From the NCBI RefSeq assembly GCF_006345805.1, contig NC_042998.1, positions 138,508,001 to 138,572,000 on the forward strand: a DNA stretch of 64,000 nt, read 5' to 3'. The stretch comes from Octopus sinensis (taxonomy: Eukaryota). Both the position numbers and the translations under genes were made by a program. The notes under the pieces are model-generated. The model worked only from the letters and a program-made list of their open reading frames with translations. It searched no databases and had not been told where the DNA came from. Shown here one piece after another: positions 39,474-52,369 of the stretch. Each line of letters starts with the position of its first letter. Position 1 is the stretch's first letter.

Positions 39474-39943
39474 AGATGGTTGGTGATAGCTCGCTGGATC
39501 TCCTGGCTTAGGTCGGCCTTCATATTTTCTAGATATGTCAGTAAAAAAGAGTTACTTGTTTGGTTTGCCACTTGGTCAGAGGATACGTATTTCATGTTGG
39601 CGTTATTTGGTGTTTTTACATGGTTCTGTCTACGTTGTTTGATTGTAGGAGGGGAAATGTGGTTGTATTTTGTTCTTGTTGTTGTCCTAGATTTCCTCTG
39701 TTCCTGTTTATATTTATTCTGTGATCGTTTTGTGCCCTTCAGATGGTGGTGGTTGCATTCTGGGTTCAGGCACATCCTTTGTGAGACAGAAGTTTGGCAC
39801 AGTTTAGGATGGAATAAGGTGCATCCATTGCCTTTTATGCATCCGTATTTAGGATCAGAACCATGGATTCTGTATTTAGGACAGTATTTGGGGTGGAGGT
39901 GGGGGCAATTTTTTCCTGTTATCCCGTATGGACAGGTGCCCAT
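39425..39943 (-). CDS. LINE ORF1 remnant with tandem CCCH zinc fingers
   Basis: C-x8-C-x3-H (truncated), C-x13-C-x5-C-x3-H, C-x8-C-x4-C-x3-H, then a basic/Q-rich region; overlaps ORF2 start by 49 nt. Confidence 0.75.
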   Translation of the reverse strand: MGTCPYGITGKNCPHLHPKYCPKYRIHGSDPKYGCIKGNGCTLFHPKLCQTSVSQRMCLNPECNHHHLKGTKRSQNKYKQEQRKSRTTTRTKYNHISPPTIKQRRQNHVKTPNNANMKYVSSDQVANQTSNSFLLTYLENMKADLSQEIQRAITNHLCKSQGPLTHYQLPLP

Positions 39944-41084
39944 AAATATCTGTTATCCCGTATGGGACAGATGCCCATATATATTTGGATTCAGTATTAC
40001 AACTTTTAGTGAGGGCATATGGCCTAGTGGTTAGGGTATTGCACTCACAATCATGAAGTCATGGTTTAAATTATCGTACCCAGGCAATACATTATGTTCT
40101 TGAGCAAAAGACTTCATTTCATGTCGCTCTGCAATCACTTAGACATCTGACTTGTGGCATACCATGCACCAATGGAGACAATATCAATTTGATTAAGTAA
40201 GTGAGCTAATTCAATCACTATAAACAAATCATCAATGCAGATTATTCAGTAAAAACCCTATTCTGTCATCAATGACAGGAGAGACCATCATTGCCACTTT
40301 TAGAGAAGTAAAATCTATGTAGACATTACCGTAAAAAACTTTTAACCATTAGGCGTCTACGTCAACAGTCATGTGTTAATTCTGTTTTGTAGTTGTCAAA
40401 TACTATGCTCTATGACTCAGAATGTTCACTTTTATAAGATTTGACATACTATTATGATTCTTTTATAAAATTTGACATACTATTCTTCTTTTATGTATTT
40501 CAGTTATGCTTGATAAATTCGCTGGAGCACCACAATGAAAAATCTAAACATAAAAAAGTCCAATTTGCAGAGCAGCACTACAAATTGTTTTTTAACTACC
40601 ACCTACCAACAAAAAATGAATAAAGAAAAGCTGGGAAAATAGAATGATCTAAAAATATGTATACATAGGTACATATGTACACACACATATCCATACATAA
40701 GTGCAAACATAACAGGCTGGATCTCAATATTTGAGTCACAAAAGAAAAGTATGTATTGTCACAGAGATCAGCTTCTATACACAGATTACAAATTCATATT
40801 GATACCAATAATAGTAGGTGCACTTGGTTTTGTGAATAAATGCCTAAGTGATAATTTGGAAAGGCTAGGACTTTTCAGAAAAATCAACCAGCTAACATGC
40901 ATATTGCAAATATAATCTGTAAATGGAACAGTAAAAATATGCAAAACTTTTCTTAAATTTAAAACGTGACATTTTTTTATCTACATTCCAAAGATGGAGC
41001 TTTGTATCATCATTAAACATCAGTTCCTTACAGGAAAACTCCAAATAATATCAGCAGTAGCCACTACTGTCACACCATACACTA

Positions 41085-41750
41085 CACACTGTTCCTGCTG
41101 AATGCCAAGAGCCTCATAATATTCCACCATAATATAAACCCCCATACCTGAGAGACCCAGTTACAAGTAATCAAGCAATATGCATAGCACTGACAGAAAC
41201 CTATCTGACCACTATGCCTGATGAATTCTTCAGCACCACAGCTCTACATGAAGGAATGATAATTATCAATTACATCAAAATAGGAATGCCCATTGATGAA
41301 ATGAGCTTAAACTCAGCCTCTGGGACTGATAGATTACCAGCAATCCTCATTAAAAAAATGTAAAAAGACCCTAGCAAGATTACAGCAAATCCTCTTTCAA
41401 AGCTTCCTTGCAAGTGGAGAAAATTAAAGGAGGGCATATGTGCAGAAAATTAAAGGATGGCATAATATGTGCTGTCTATAAAAGAGAAAGCAAAGCAGAC
41501 GCTAAAAATTAAAGGTCCCATAAACTATCTACAGTAAGGATCAGTTACTGCAATACCTTGGGATTCAAAGGCTCAGATCTTTTTTAATATATTGCTAAAA
41601 AAACCTGTGAGATCTATACAGAGTTGGGGGCAGATGATTTCAAGAAACACCTTGATCATGTGCAGTCAAAACTCCTAGATGAACCTACATTATGGCAAGA
41701 AACTCAAAAGAGGGCAACAGTATTAAACTCTCTCCTTCACCAAGAGCCAA
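41085..41750 (+). mobile_element. Old, heavily deleted CR1-type LINE remnant
   Basis: IALTETYL-like endonuclease start, gcctctgggactgatagattacc (A.GPD..P), FKKHLD..KLLDEP C-terminal motif. Confidence 0.55.
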
Positions 41751-41754
41751 CCAG

Positions 41755-42925
41755 ATGAGACAAGATTAGTTTGAATGAGATGCAGTTTGGCTTTGTCTCA
41801 GGAAGAGATACAACTGATGCCATATTCCGAGTGAAACAATACAAGAGATGTACCTAACAAGAGTGAGTACATATATCTAACAGTGAATGATCTGGATAGA
41901 GTCCTTTACTTTGTGATATCAGTAGTTGCTAAGAAAACTAGGGCTAGATGAATGGCTTATAAGGACTGTACAAGCTGTGTAAAAGGTGGCAGTCACCAAG
42001 GTGAGAGTCAGCAATGAATTTAGCATGTAGGTAGAGGTCTGTCAAGGCCCAGTTCTAAGCCTTATTCTTGTTTATCATAACCCTCTAAGCCATAACAGAA
42101 GAACTTAAGACTGGTTGCCTTTGGAAACTTCTGTACGCTGATGACTTAGCACTTGTGGTAGAATCTGAAGAAGAACTGAAGCAGAAATGTCAGAGATGGA
42201 AGCAAAACCTGAAATCAAAGAATCTTGCAGCACATTTAGCAAAAACAAAAATTTTAGCAAGCAGAAAGGAAGATAGGCACTTTATAGCATCAAGGAGCAG
42301 GCTGTATTCTGTTTACAGAAAAGAAACCAGTAGAAATTCTATTGAGGTGTCCCCAGTGTAAGTAATGGATACCCAAGAAGTATAGTCAGATCACATGCAG
42401 GCTAACAGGGAAGTTAGGTTTCATATGCACTGGGTGCAAAAAGACAATAAGTACTAAAAGCACTTGGAAAATAGATTCCCCTCAAGAATTAGACAATAGC
42501 TTTTGTTACCTAATTAGCAGTGAAAGCTGCTGTTGTTCTGAAAGTATGGTAGCTAGAATACGAATGGGATGGAGAAAGTTCAGAGTACTATTATTCCTGA
42601 TAGCAACAAAGGCCTTGGATGGAGAAAATTCAGAGTACTATTATTCCTGATAGCAACAAAAGCCTTGGATGGAGAAAATTCAGAGTACTATTGCTCCTGA
42701 TAGCAATAAAGGCCTTGGATGGAGAAAATTCAGAGTACTATTACTCCTGGTAGCAACAAAGGCCTTGGATGGAGAAAATTCAGAGTACTATTACTCCTGA
42801 TAGCAACAAAGGCCTTCTCTCTCAAAGTTCAGAGTATATTGTATGATGCTTGTGTGTGAAGAACATTGCTGCATGGTAATAAGGTTTTGAGTGTGGAGGA
42901 CTTGCAAAGGCTAGAAATAAATGAG
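41755..42925 (+). mobile_element. Degenerate RTE LINE RT fragment
   Basis: LNEMQFGFVSGRDTTDAIF; LYADDLAL at ~42130. Confidence 0.85.
42567..42816 (+). repeat. 50-bp minisatellite x5 derived from RTE coding sequence
   Basis: ggatggagaaa at 42567, 42617, 42667, 42717 and 42767. Confidence 0.95.
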
Positions 42926-44094
42926 GACCATGTCAACTAGTAATATATGGCACCACAGAAAATTTTACATCTGTGCAATCTCAACAAAATGTTCATTAAA
43001 ACAGTAAGATAATGTACACATCACCTATTCTATACCCTCACCCACCCCAACTTTTATCAGCCATTAAATATATTCTACTTGCACATCTTCCTATTATCTC
43101 TTACTCATCATATTGAACAACTCATAATTGAGAGCCAAAACCACCTACAAAGCTTTGATCACAGCCCAAGGCAACAGTAGGAGACACTTGCCCAAGATGC
43201 TGTTCAGAGGGACTGAGCCCCAAACTATATGATTGCCAAGCAAACTACTTAATCATACAACCATGTCCATGGCCATGCCTGCACTGCACTATGTCATTAC
43301 AGTCCAATTCAATTCTTCCAGGAAACACTTCTTACTTATGTGTTTAATTTTGGAATGGTTTTTATGGGTAGCTGCCTTTCTTGACATTAATCACTTTATA
43401 GGATGTACTGGGTGCATTTTATTGTAATACAAACACTAGAGAGGCTGCCATAACTTCAACAGAACAAAACTAATAAGGTTTCTCAACTTTATGTTGTGTC
43501 TATTTCTTCAATCACTTTCCAGAGTGTACTTGGTGTATTATTTTATTATGGCACCAGCATTAGTAAGGTTGTCTTGTACTCTGCAAGACAAAAGAAGTCT
43601 TCACCACTGCACATGTCTCCATTCATTTGAGTCAATGAGGTAAATGGTGGACAGAAGGGAGTGTTACTGTTGTAGATAAAATAAGGTGGAAAGAAGAAAG
43701 GAGTGTCTGGTGGTGGGGACATAGAAATCTGGGATAACAGTGTAGAAGAAGGGTGAAATGTGAGAGATAGTGCTTTAAGGGATAATGGAAAAGGAGCAAT
43801 AATGGCAGGGTCTAATGTGAGAGATGGTAGTTGCATAATGTAGTGGGAGAGAGAGCTAGTGATAGATAATCACACAAATAGTCAGTAGTAAGAACATGTG
43901 AGGGATATTGATAATGAATGACCTGCACAAGAGGGGAGAGGAAGAAGTGGCTAGCGGTATAGATAGATAATGTTAGTTGATAAGGGAGAGTGAAAATGAC
44001 AGATAATGAGATGATAATAAGCAATATTAATTAAGAATGATTAATATGTTAATTAACACTCAAAGAGCAAAGGTAGAAGCGTCAAAATATTTAC

Positions 44095-44227
44095 TATTTT
44101 TCTCATCTTTAGAAAGATCTTGGAGATGTAATACATGTCTCCGAGGTAAAAGCATCGTTTCATAAGGCCACACAGCCCAAAAAGGGACAAGCCAAACCCA
44201 GTGGTCATTGCACAGTACAACTCTCAG
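44095..44227 (-). CDS. GALT: GALT exon (human exon 8 equivalent)
   Basis: [32 protein letters not shown]; 133 nt; ttttatag|/|gtaaat. Confidence 0.97.
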
Positions 44228-45894
44228 CTATAAAAAAAACAAAAAAAAACATAAAATAGATGAATGAATACTATGAAAGCATAACAAAATAATCATTTTC
44301 ATTATCTTGCTATAGTCTCCTATACACACACTAATATAGATATGACCATATTCTCTCCTCATTAACCTTCTATATATGTCAAACATTCATTACTCCCCCA
44401 ATAGTGACATCACAATCTAGTCTCCTCAAACAATGAAACACACAATCAAGCTAACAGTTTTGCATTACATTTTCCCGCATCATCACAGCACAGGTGCTTT
44501 AGATGTGACACCAACATGAGTACTTTACACATGGTACAGGCATGGGTGCTTTATATATAGCTTTTTATATGACACCAGCACCTATAAGACCTCTCAACAT
44601 GCACACACACACACACGTACACATATATAGTTAAGGCAGTGAGCTAGCAGAATCATTAGAATACCAGACAAAATGCACAGTGGAATTTCATCTGTCTTTA
44701 TGTTCTGCATTTAAATTCCACCGAGGTCAACTTTGCCTTTCATCCTTTTTGAGGTCAATAAAATAAGTACCAGTTGAGCACTGGGGTTGATGTAATTGAC
44801 TATCCCTATATTAGAAAGGACTGGTATGTATATAATCTATATGTGTTTGTGTGTGTGTGTACACCTATGTTTCACATCACATGACAAATATAAACAAATG
44901 TCACCATCATATAAGTGATGTTCTTTGTTGCCAGTCTTCCGTGAAAACATGTCTGGCTGTGGAAAAAAATTACCTTACTTCAAAACAAGTGAGGACTGAT
45001 GACAGAAAGGGCATCTGGCTGTAGAAGTTTTATTTATTTAAAGTAATTGATATAAAAAAAGATTGTTTAAAGTAACTAATAAAAAGTGTTCTTTATTTAG
45101 TTTTTCAGAGAGAATTCCGTTATAAATATGAAGAGAAAACCAAACAAAAATGTTCTTTCTTTACTTAATTTATCGTAGGGAGAATTCCATAATAAATATG
45201 AAGATAAACTTAAGAGTTACAATCACTAAAACCTAAATTACCCCACAGATATCAAGTGAGGCTATCATAATGGATATCAAAATATTACTAATTTTTTAGA
45301 AGTAACCAGATTTGAAGCTAATTAAATAAGGATTATTATTCATATATTATGGAAGAGAGAACTCAGTAAATAAAAATTAAGTAATATAAACAAAAACAAG
45401 GATTGAGTACCGATCTTTGATAAATATAATTAATATTATTATTTTTTTATATTAAGGACTATAAATAGTATATATCCAAATTTTATTAATTCTTTTAAAA
45501 GTAACAAAAAAAATATTGTTGTAATAAGAATACAAGTTATAAACTATACAATACTATAATAATTATTATTGTGGTTATTAAATTTAGTTAATAAGTCAAA
45601 TAAAACTAGTCGTCATCGTCATCATCATCAATTAATTAATAATTTGAATGAATGTATTTATACATATAATTATTTAGTATAATGAAGACATCTTATTTGT
45701 AATATGTAATTAATATTAATTACTAATATAATGATGTATATTACAGTAATGACAAGAATATGCACTAAAAGGATTCAAAATTCTGAATTAATCTACTAAA
45801 AAATCAATTTTCCAAATTCAACATTATTATATAGATTAAGGTGACAAAACTTAAACATAAACATATATACACACTTACATATATTCACATATTC

Positions 45895-45939
<45 letters not shown>

Positions 45940-46184
45940 TATATACATACATATAGGAAGGGCATCCAGCAGTAGAAACTCTGCCAGATCAGAGCCTGGT
46001 GCAGCCATCTGGCTCACCAGTCCCCAGTCAAACCATCCAAACCATGCCAGCATGGAAAGCAGACGTTAAATGATGATGATGGTGATATCATCATCATATA
46101 TACACACACACACACACATATACAAATATACACACACATATACAAATACATATCTATACACATACGCACATACATATATATTTT

Positions 46185-46646
46185 TGAGTTTTTTGTTCCA
46201 GCTTTTCAAGAATTCTAGTTCTAACTCCTGCGTCCTTTTCAGCAGTAAGTCCTTGTGTAAAAATCGGGCATTTGAACAGATCTGGCATTAATTCATATAG
46301 CTTAAACTTTTGGCATTCTCTGTTTACTCTACCAGCATATGTGATGCAGTCCTTGTTGTTTTTCTGTATGTTCAGACACTTCCAACATGTGTTGAACAAT
46401 GAGCTTTTATCACTGAAAACTTTACACAATAAATCTATTCTTTTATGTGCTTCAGTCATTTGACTGTGGCCATGCTGGAGCACTGCCTTTAGTCGAGCAA
46501 ATTGACCTCAGGTCTTATTCCTTGTGAGCCTAGTACTTACTCTATTGGTCTTTTTTGCCGAACTGCGAAGTTACAGAGACATAAACACACCAGTATCAGT
46601 TGTCAAGCAATGTTGGGGGAACAAAAACAGATACACACATACACGC

Positions 46647-46683
<37 letters not shown>

Positions 46684-47592
46684 ACAGGCTTCTTTCAGTT
46701 TCTGTCTACCAAATCCACTCACAAGGCTTTGGTCGGCCTGAGGCTATAGTAGAAAACACTTGCCCAAGGTGCCATGAGTGAGACGGAACCCGGAACCATG
46801 TGGTTGGTAAGCAAGCTACTTACCACACAGCCACTCCTGTGCCTATTGTGTCATTAAAGTTTATGTCAGAAAGTTTTCTTGGGAGTACATAATTGTTGTA
46901 ACGCTCATGTCCTGCTGCCACCAGTTTTTTTAAGATTAAGCACGTTTTCATCTCATTATCCCTTCTTTACATTCTTTATTGAAGATTTGCTCATATCTTC
47001 TGTTATATGCCTTGAAGGTAACTCCTTCATCTGGTTCATATTTGAACTCTGTTACTGAGTTTACAACATAGTCTGGCGAGAACATTTTTTCTGAATTTCC
47101 TGACAACTTCATTAATTGCAGCATTTGTTGTCATAAAACTAATTGTCATTGTTGTTGCTTCTGTTGTTGTTCTTGCAGTTGAATCTCCTGTTATCACTGT
47201 TACTTTTGCAACTCAAGCAAACCGGTCAACAAATTTTCCATAATTTTTACAATTTTTCTTTTCATAAAATTCACACAAAAAAAGCTTTGTGAGTTTGTTA
47301 ACTCTGTGAGTTGTTAATTCCTAGTCAGGTTTATTAATTCCTTATGAGTTGTTTAAATCCTTGTCGAGTTTATTAATTCCTCATTGTCACCATGATAATC
47401 CTTAAAATGTTGGATTGTTATAACGCCCACTTTGTTATACAGTATACTTAGTAAAACCAGTAAAGACACGACTATCTCTGACTGCCCACTATGTACTCCA
47501 GTACTTCACGTACTTCTCTTTACTTATAGTGACTACGTTACTCCATTTGTCATGTGGGAGGGGTGTACCATTATTACTAATTTCCTACAACA
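46185..47592 (-). mobile_element. Gypsy (Mag/K02A2.6-like) remnant: 5' LTR plus gag, split by a SINE
   Basis: 160-bp TGTTG..TAACA LTR at 47592-47433; gag EFKYEPDEGVTFKAY..HERYNNYVLPRK / SSLFNTCWKCLN..YAGRVNRECQKFKL..FTQGLT..RTRILEKLEQ. Confidence 0.78.
46445..46845 (-). mobile_element. CORE-type SINE with internal (TA)n, inserted in Gypsy gag
   Basis: Reverse complement of 7975-8395 architecture. Confidence 0.85.
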
Positions 47593-48692
47593 CCTGTTTT
47601 CAACCCAAAATTGTAAGGGATATCTATAACCAGCAATAGAAAAGATAGATTGCATGATATATTGCAAAGGCGTAATATTATGTGGCAGTTGTTAATAAGT
47701 TATGACTGCAGCAGAAGACTGCACTAATTGAAGAGTTGTATTTACCAGACCATCATCACTATCATCATCCTCATCATTTAATATCTAGGTTCCATGTTGG
47801 CATGGGTTGGCAGGTTTGACAAAGTCTGACAAATCAAAGGATTGCATCCTGTACCAATGTCTTCTTCAGCTTGGTTTCTTCTGTTGGAACCCTTCCTAAC
47901 ACCAGAGTATACAGGGTGCTTTTTTCACGGCACAAACACTAATGATGATCACCTTGTAACTTACAAGGTTAATGTTCTAAAGTGGCCCCAACAATTGAGG
48001 AAGAGTGAAAGACTAGACAATGATCAAAGGCAGAAGGATGAGGTAATGGTAAGTAAGAGGGGAGGATGGGAGAGTATGGTAGGGAACAGGAGAGAGGGAA
48101 AGAATTAGTAAGAAGGTTGAGAAAAAAGGTAGGGATAGAGTTGAAAAGGTGATAGGGTGTGTTGTGTAAGAGCAGGGGTCCGAGGGTTATCCAATCTTAT
48201 AAGGAACAAGTATGAACAGAAGGCTGAGGAAAAGGGGACAGAAAGAAAGTGATAGAATAAGATGGAGAAGAATCCTGGGGGAGTCACTGAGAGAAATGAA
48301 GTGTGTGAGAATGCAGGTAGGTTAGAGGAGAAATGCTGAAAAGAGATGTTGAAGTTTTGAGGAGGCAGAGAAGCTGTGGGGATGGGGGAGAGGACAATGG
48401 GAGAAAAGGAGGCAGAGGGGTGGAAAGGGTACCAAAGAGATAGGAATAATAGAAGTGGTAGAGCAGAACATGAATGTTGTGAAACCATCATTGATAGAGA
48501 GGAGGAAGGGAGATCTTGTTGTATGACTTTGTCATGAAGTATTTTGTAGTGTGGGCAGTAAGTAGTATGTCAGGTAGTTTATGATGATAATGGTAATTAA
48601 TAGCAATATGTATGATTGTATTGATGACATTTATATTCATGAATTTATAAACACCAATACATTTTCACTGATTAAATTAATCTTATGTTTAC

Positions 48693-48815
48693 CTTGGCAT
48701 CAAGTTCCCGTTTGACGTAATCTACCAGCATGGGTGATCCATGTTTATTGAAATATTTCCGCTGAGTATTATCTTTAACAGCTGGTTCATTTGGAATGAA
48801 GGAACTTGCCCAAAC
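48693..48815 (-). CDS. GALT: GALT exon (human exon 7 equivalent)
   Basis: VWASSFIPNEPAVKDNTQRKYFNKHGSPMLVDYVKRELDAK; 123 nt. Confidence 0.97.
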
Positions 48816-48917
48816 CTGTGAATGAATAATAATATATCAAACAATATTTCAATAATCATTAAATCAAAAAAAAAAAGAAAAAAGAAAAGAAAAACAAATA
48901 AATCATTGATCTTATAA

Positions 48918-51249
48918 CACTGAGCAACAAAGATTTTGCTACTGGGGTAAAAGCGTGTGTTTTAGATTAAATCAAGGATGTTGATTCCAAATCTGCATAC
49001 AGAATTGTTCTAGCACATCAGGACTTTGAGTAATGCACCTGCACAAGATAATAACTATACTTTCGGCTAGATATAGGCCATATTATAAAATTTGTTAAAA
49101 TGAAGGCAGTCTTAATTCAAAGAGAAAGTTCATTATTTAGTTTAGCTATAGATGGCGCTGACAAATTGTTTGCAATTGCCAAATACATCAGTTTGTTCTT
49201 GGTAACTCTGTGTTGCTTGCACTGCCGTCACGTGTGGTATGTGTATCTCTCACTCTGCATGATTACTGTTCTGTGTTCATTGTGTTAGATCATGAATAGG
49301 AGAGGCTGTGTGAATCACCCAGACAACTTATGTTACGTCTGTGGAAAATGTACTCCACGTGACCAGTGGAAGAACATTGCCACCAAATTAAAACCTGCCT
49401 ATAAATATTATTTCGGCTGTATAGTTAAGGACCAAGACAAGAGGTAGGCACCTCATATATGCTGCACCGTGTGTTACTCAGGGCTTACACAGTGGCTGAA
49501 TGGAAAATGAAAGGGAATGCCTTTTGCTGTACAAGTGGTATGGTGTGAGCCAATCAATTATGTCTTTGATTGTTACTTTTCCATGACTAATGGTGTTTTC
49601 TCAAAGAAAACAAAAGCAAAAATTATGTATGCAGATTGTAAGTTGGCTCTAAAACCGGTCCTATATGACTTTGAGAACCCTGTCCCAGTTCCCCTCTCAC
49701 ATGAATCACTTGATTCACTTGAAGACTTTGACACCGTGCACAATGAACCACCTGATTATCCAATCACCAAAGAGTATGTAGTTGATTCTAAGGAAAATGA
49801 CCCATGCTTGTTTAATCAAGATTTGAATGATTTAGTAAGAGATCTAGCATTGTCAAAGGAGAAGGCAGAAGTTTTGGGATCCAGACTACAGCAACAGAAG
49901 CAAGGTACAAAAATTTTCATTTTCCATTCTTGCCATGAAGGCTTATCTATCTTTTGCAAGCAAGAAAATAATGCTGGTTTCTGTACTGATGTTATTGCAC
50001 TCATGCAAAAACTAGGACATGTGCTTGTAGCTAACAAATGGAGATTGTTTATAGACTCAAGTAAGGTTAGCCTCAAAGCTGTGTTGTTGCATAATAGTAA
50101 TAAAAATCCTTCAATTCTTGTGGGTCATGTTGTCGGTATGGAAGAAACTTATGAATCAATAGAACTCATTCTGAAAGGAGTTAATTACTCAGTTCATAAG
50201 AGGAATATTTGTAGTGATTTAAAAGTGGTTTCCGTCCTCCTAGGACTGCAGCTGGGATATACCAAAAATATGTGCTTCTTGTGTGTTTGGAACAGCTATG
50301 ATGACAGCAAACATTACACTGTAAAAGACTGACCTAAAAGAGATGAGTGCATAGTTGGTTGGTACAATGTGTAGCATATGCCAGTGGTAGACCCACAAAA
50401 GATCTTCCTTCCACCCATTCACATCAAACTTGACCTCATGAAAAACTTCATAAAAACACTGACATACAATGGTTGTGGTTTCTAGTACCTAAAAGTAAAA
50501 TTTGGTGCAGAGAAAAGTGATGCAATACTGAAAGCAGGCATTTTCATTGGACCCAAGATCAGAGAATTGATGTCTGATAGCAAATTCAGAGGTAAACTGA
50601 ATCCAGTTGAGCTGATGGTATGGGATTCATTTGTGTTAGTTGTACAGAACTTTCTTGGAAATCATAGAGCTGGAAACTATGCTGATTTAATAAACAACAG
50701 TGTATGAAAAAATGGGATTCTGAATGTGCCTTAAAATGCACTTCATGCATTCTCATTTCAATTTTTTTTTCCAACGAATCTTGGTGCCGTTAGTGATAAG
50801 CATGGTAAGAGGTTCCACCATGACATATCTGAGAGGGAAACGAAGTATCAAGTCCAGTTCAATCTACATGTGATGGGTGACTACTGCTGGTTCCTACAAT
50901 GGGAGACCAGCACAACACCTATGTGCAAAAGCAAGTGTCTCAAACATTTCTGAACTGAGCATATCAAAAATAAAGTGAGTGTTCCCTTAACATGAATTTA
51001 CTATGTACCATTATATTATAATACTATTTGCCTTAAACATAAATATACTATATACAGTACTAATATACTATCATAATAATTATTTATTTTGAACTTAACT
51101 ATTCCTGATACTAATTATGCACATAACTCAAAATCCTGACAGGCCACAACAATTCTGCATTTAGATTCAGAATCAGCATACTCTATTTAGTTTAGTACAG
51201 CACCATTTGTCTGGGTAGCAGACAATAATATTTTTTTTGTTGCCCAGTG
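48918..51249 (+). mobile_element. Full-length Chapaev3 (CMC superfamily) DNA transposon, transposase disrupted
   Basis: TIRs CACTGAGCAACAAA / CACTGGGCAACAAA, TAA TSD at 48915-17 and 51250-52; transposase ~49292-50952 with RRGCVNHPDNLCYVCG, WRLFIDSSK, CFLC.W, RFHHDI motifs. Confidence 0.88.
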
Positions 51250-52369
51250 TAATCATTACTATGATCAATAACCTCATTATCATTAATGAAGTGATTTACT
51301 ATAGTGGAATCAATTTATGTATATCCTACAAAACAAACTTTAATCTAACCTCAAGTCTATTGCACTAGAGTGAATTTTCATTTTAAACACACCAACATCA
51401 GCAATACCACCCAAACAACACCCACACACACACACAGAATCTTCTGTGAAAAACCTGTCTAGGCATGCAAAGCATTAGTTTTCATGGTAACAGGTGAAGG
51501 TAGGGAACAGAAAGGTCATCTGACTGTAGAAAATATACCTCAACAAATTTTGAGTCATGCAAGCATTGAAACGTGGACATTAAATGATGATGATGATACG
51601 TATGCATATATGCATTTGAGTGTGTGTATATTTGTGTCTCCTTGTCTTGATTTAGCATGATAGTTGTAAACAAGCGCTACTGGCATATAAGCAGTCATTT
51701 TTTTTTTCTAAAATTCTGTGAGAACATGTCTAGATATGAGGAAATATTACCTTGCTTAGAAACAGATTGGGGTTGGCAACAGGAAGAGTATGTAGCTGTA
51801 GAAAATCTGCCTCAATAAACTCTGTCCAGGCCATGCAAGCATGGAAAAGTGGACATAAAATGGATATTATGATGATGATGATGATGATGGTATACATTTC
51901 TTTGTTCTCATTGAATGTTATAATAAAAATCTGCTTCAAACATTCTGGAGACCTAAAACTGTTGATTGAATCTTGTTTTATTAGTTATTTATATAAAACA
52001 TAAATATGCTTATCCTATTACTGGCTCTCAATAGCCAAGTAACTTTATTTTAGCTATGTACTGTCTATTCTCAACAAGAGTATAATGCAACATTATTTCC
52101 TTAATGTAATGACTGCATCTTAAAATAGATTAGAATGTTCATGTCTTCACTGAATGATGTTGTTGTCAAGGTCTGTTTATGGAAGCAGAGCAAGCTTGGC
52201 ATGATATGCCTTGGCAGCATGTGGATGTTGGCTGTTTATGAAAGCTTAAGGAAAAAGGAAACACAAGCATGTATACTATATTACATTAATGAAATTTTAA
52301 TGTGGTATAACCAACAGTAGCTCTGAGCTTTAACAAAAAACACAATGGAAGTTAAGCATACATAAATCA

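Larger units (their letters stand above)
36415..39980 (-). mobile_element. ~3.6-kb 5'-truncated CR1-type (CR1/L2 group) LINE with ORF1 and ORF2, inactivated
   Basis: ORF1 at 39943-39425; ORF2 APE-RT at 39473-36516 with one in-frame TGA at 37373-37371; tail tctaagttta. Confidence 0.93.

Noticed and set aside
39450-40034. 194-aa plus-strand ORF and other antisense ORFs over the LINE
   Set aside because: Shadow frames of ORF1/ORF2 with no motif support
45050-45790. Mitochondrial insertion (NUMT)
   Set aside because: I found no recognisable ND/COX/ATP motifs by eye; a BLASTN against the mitogenome would settle it
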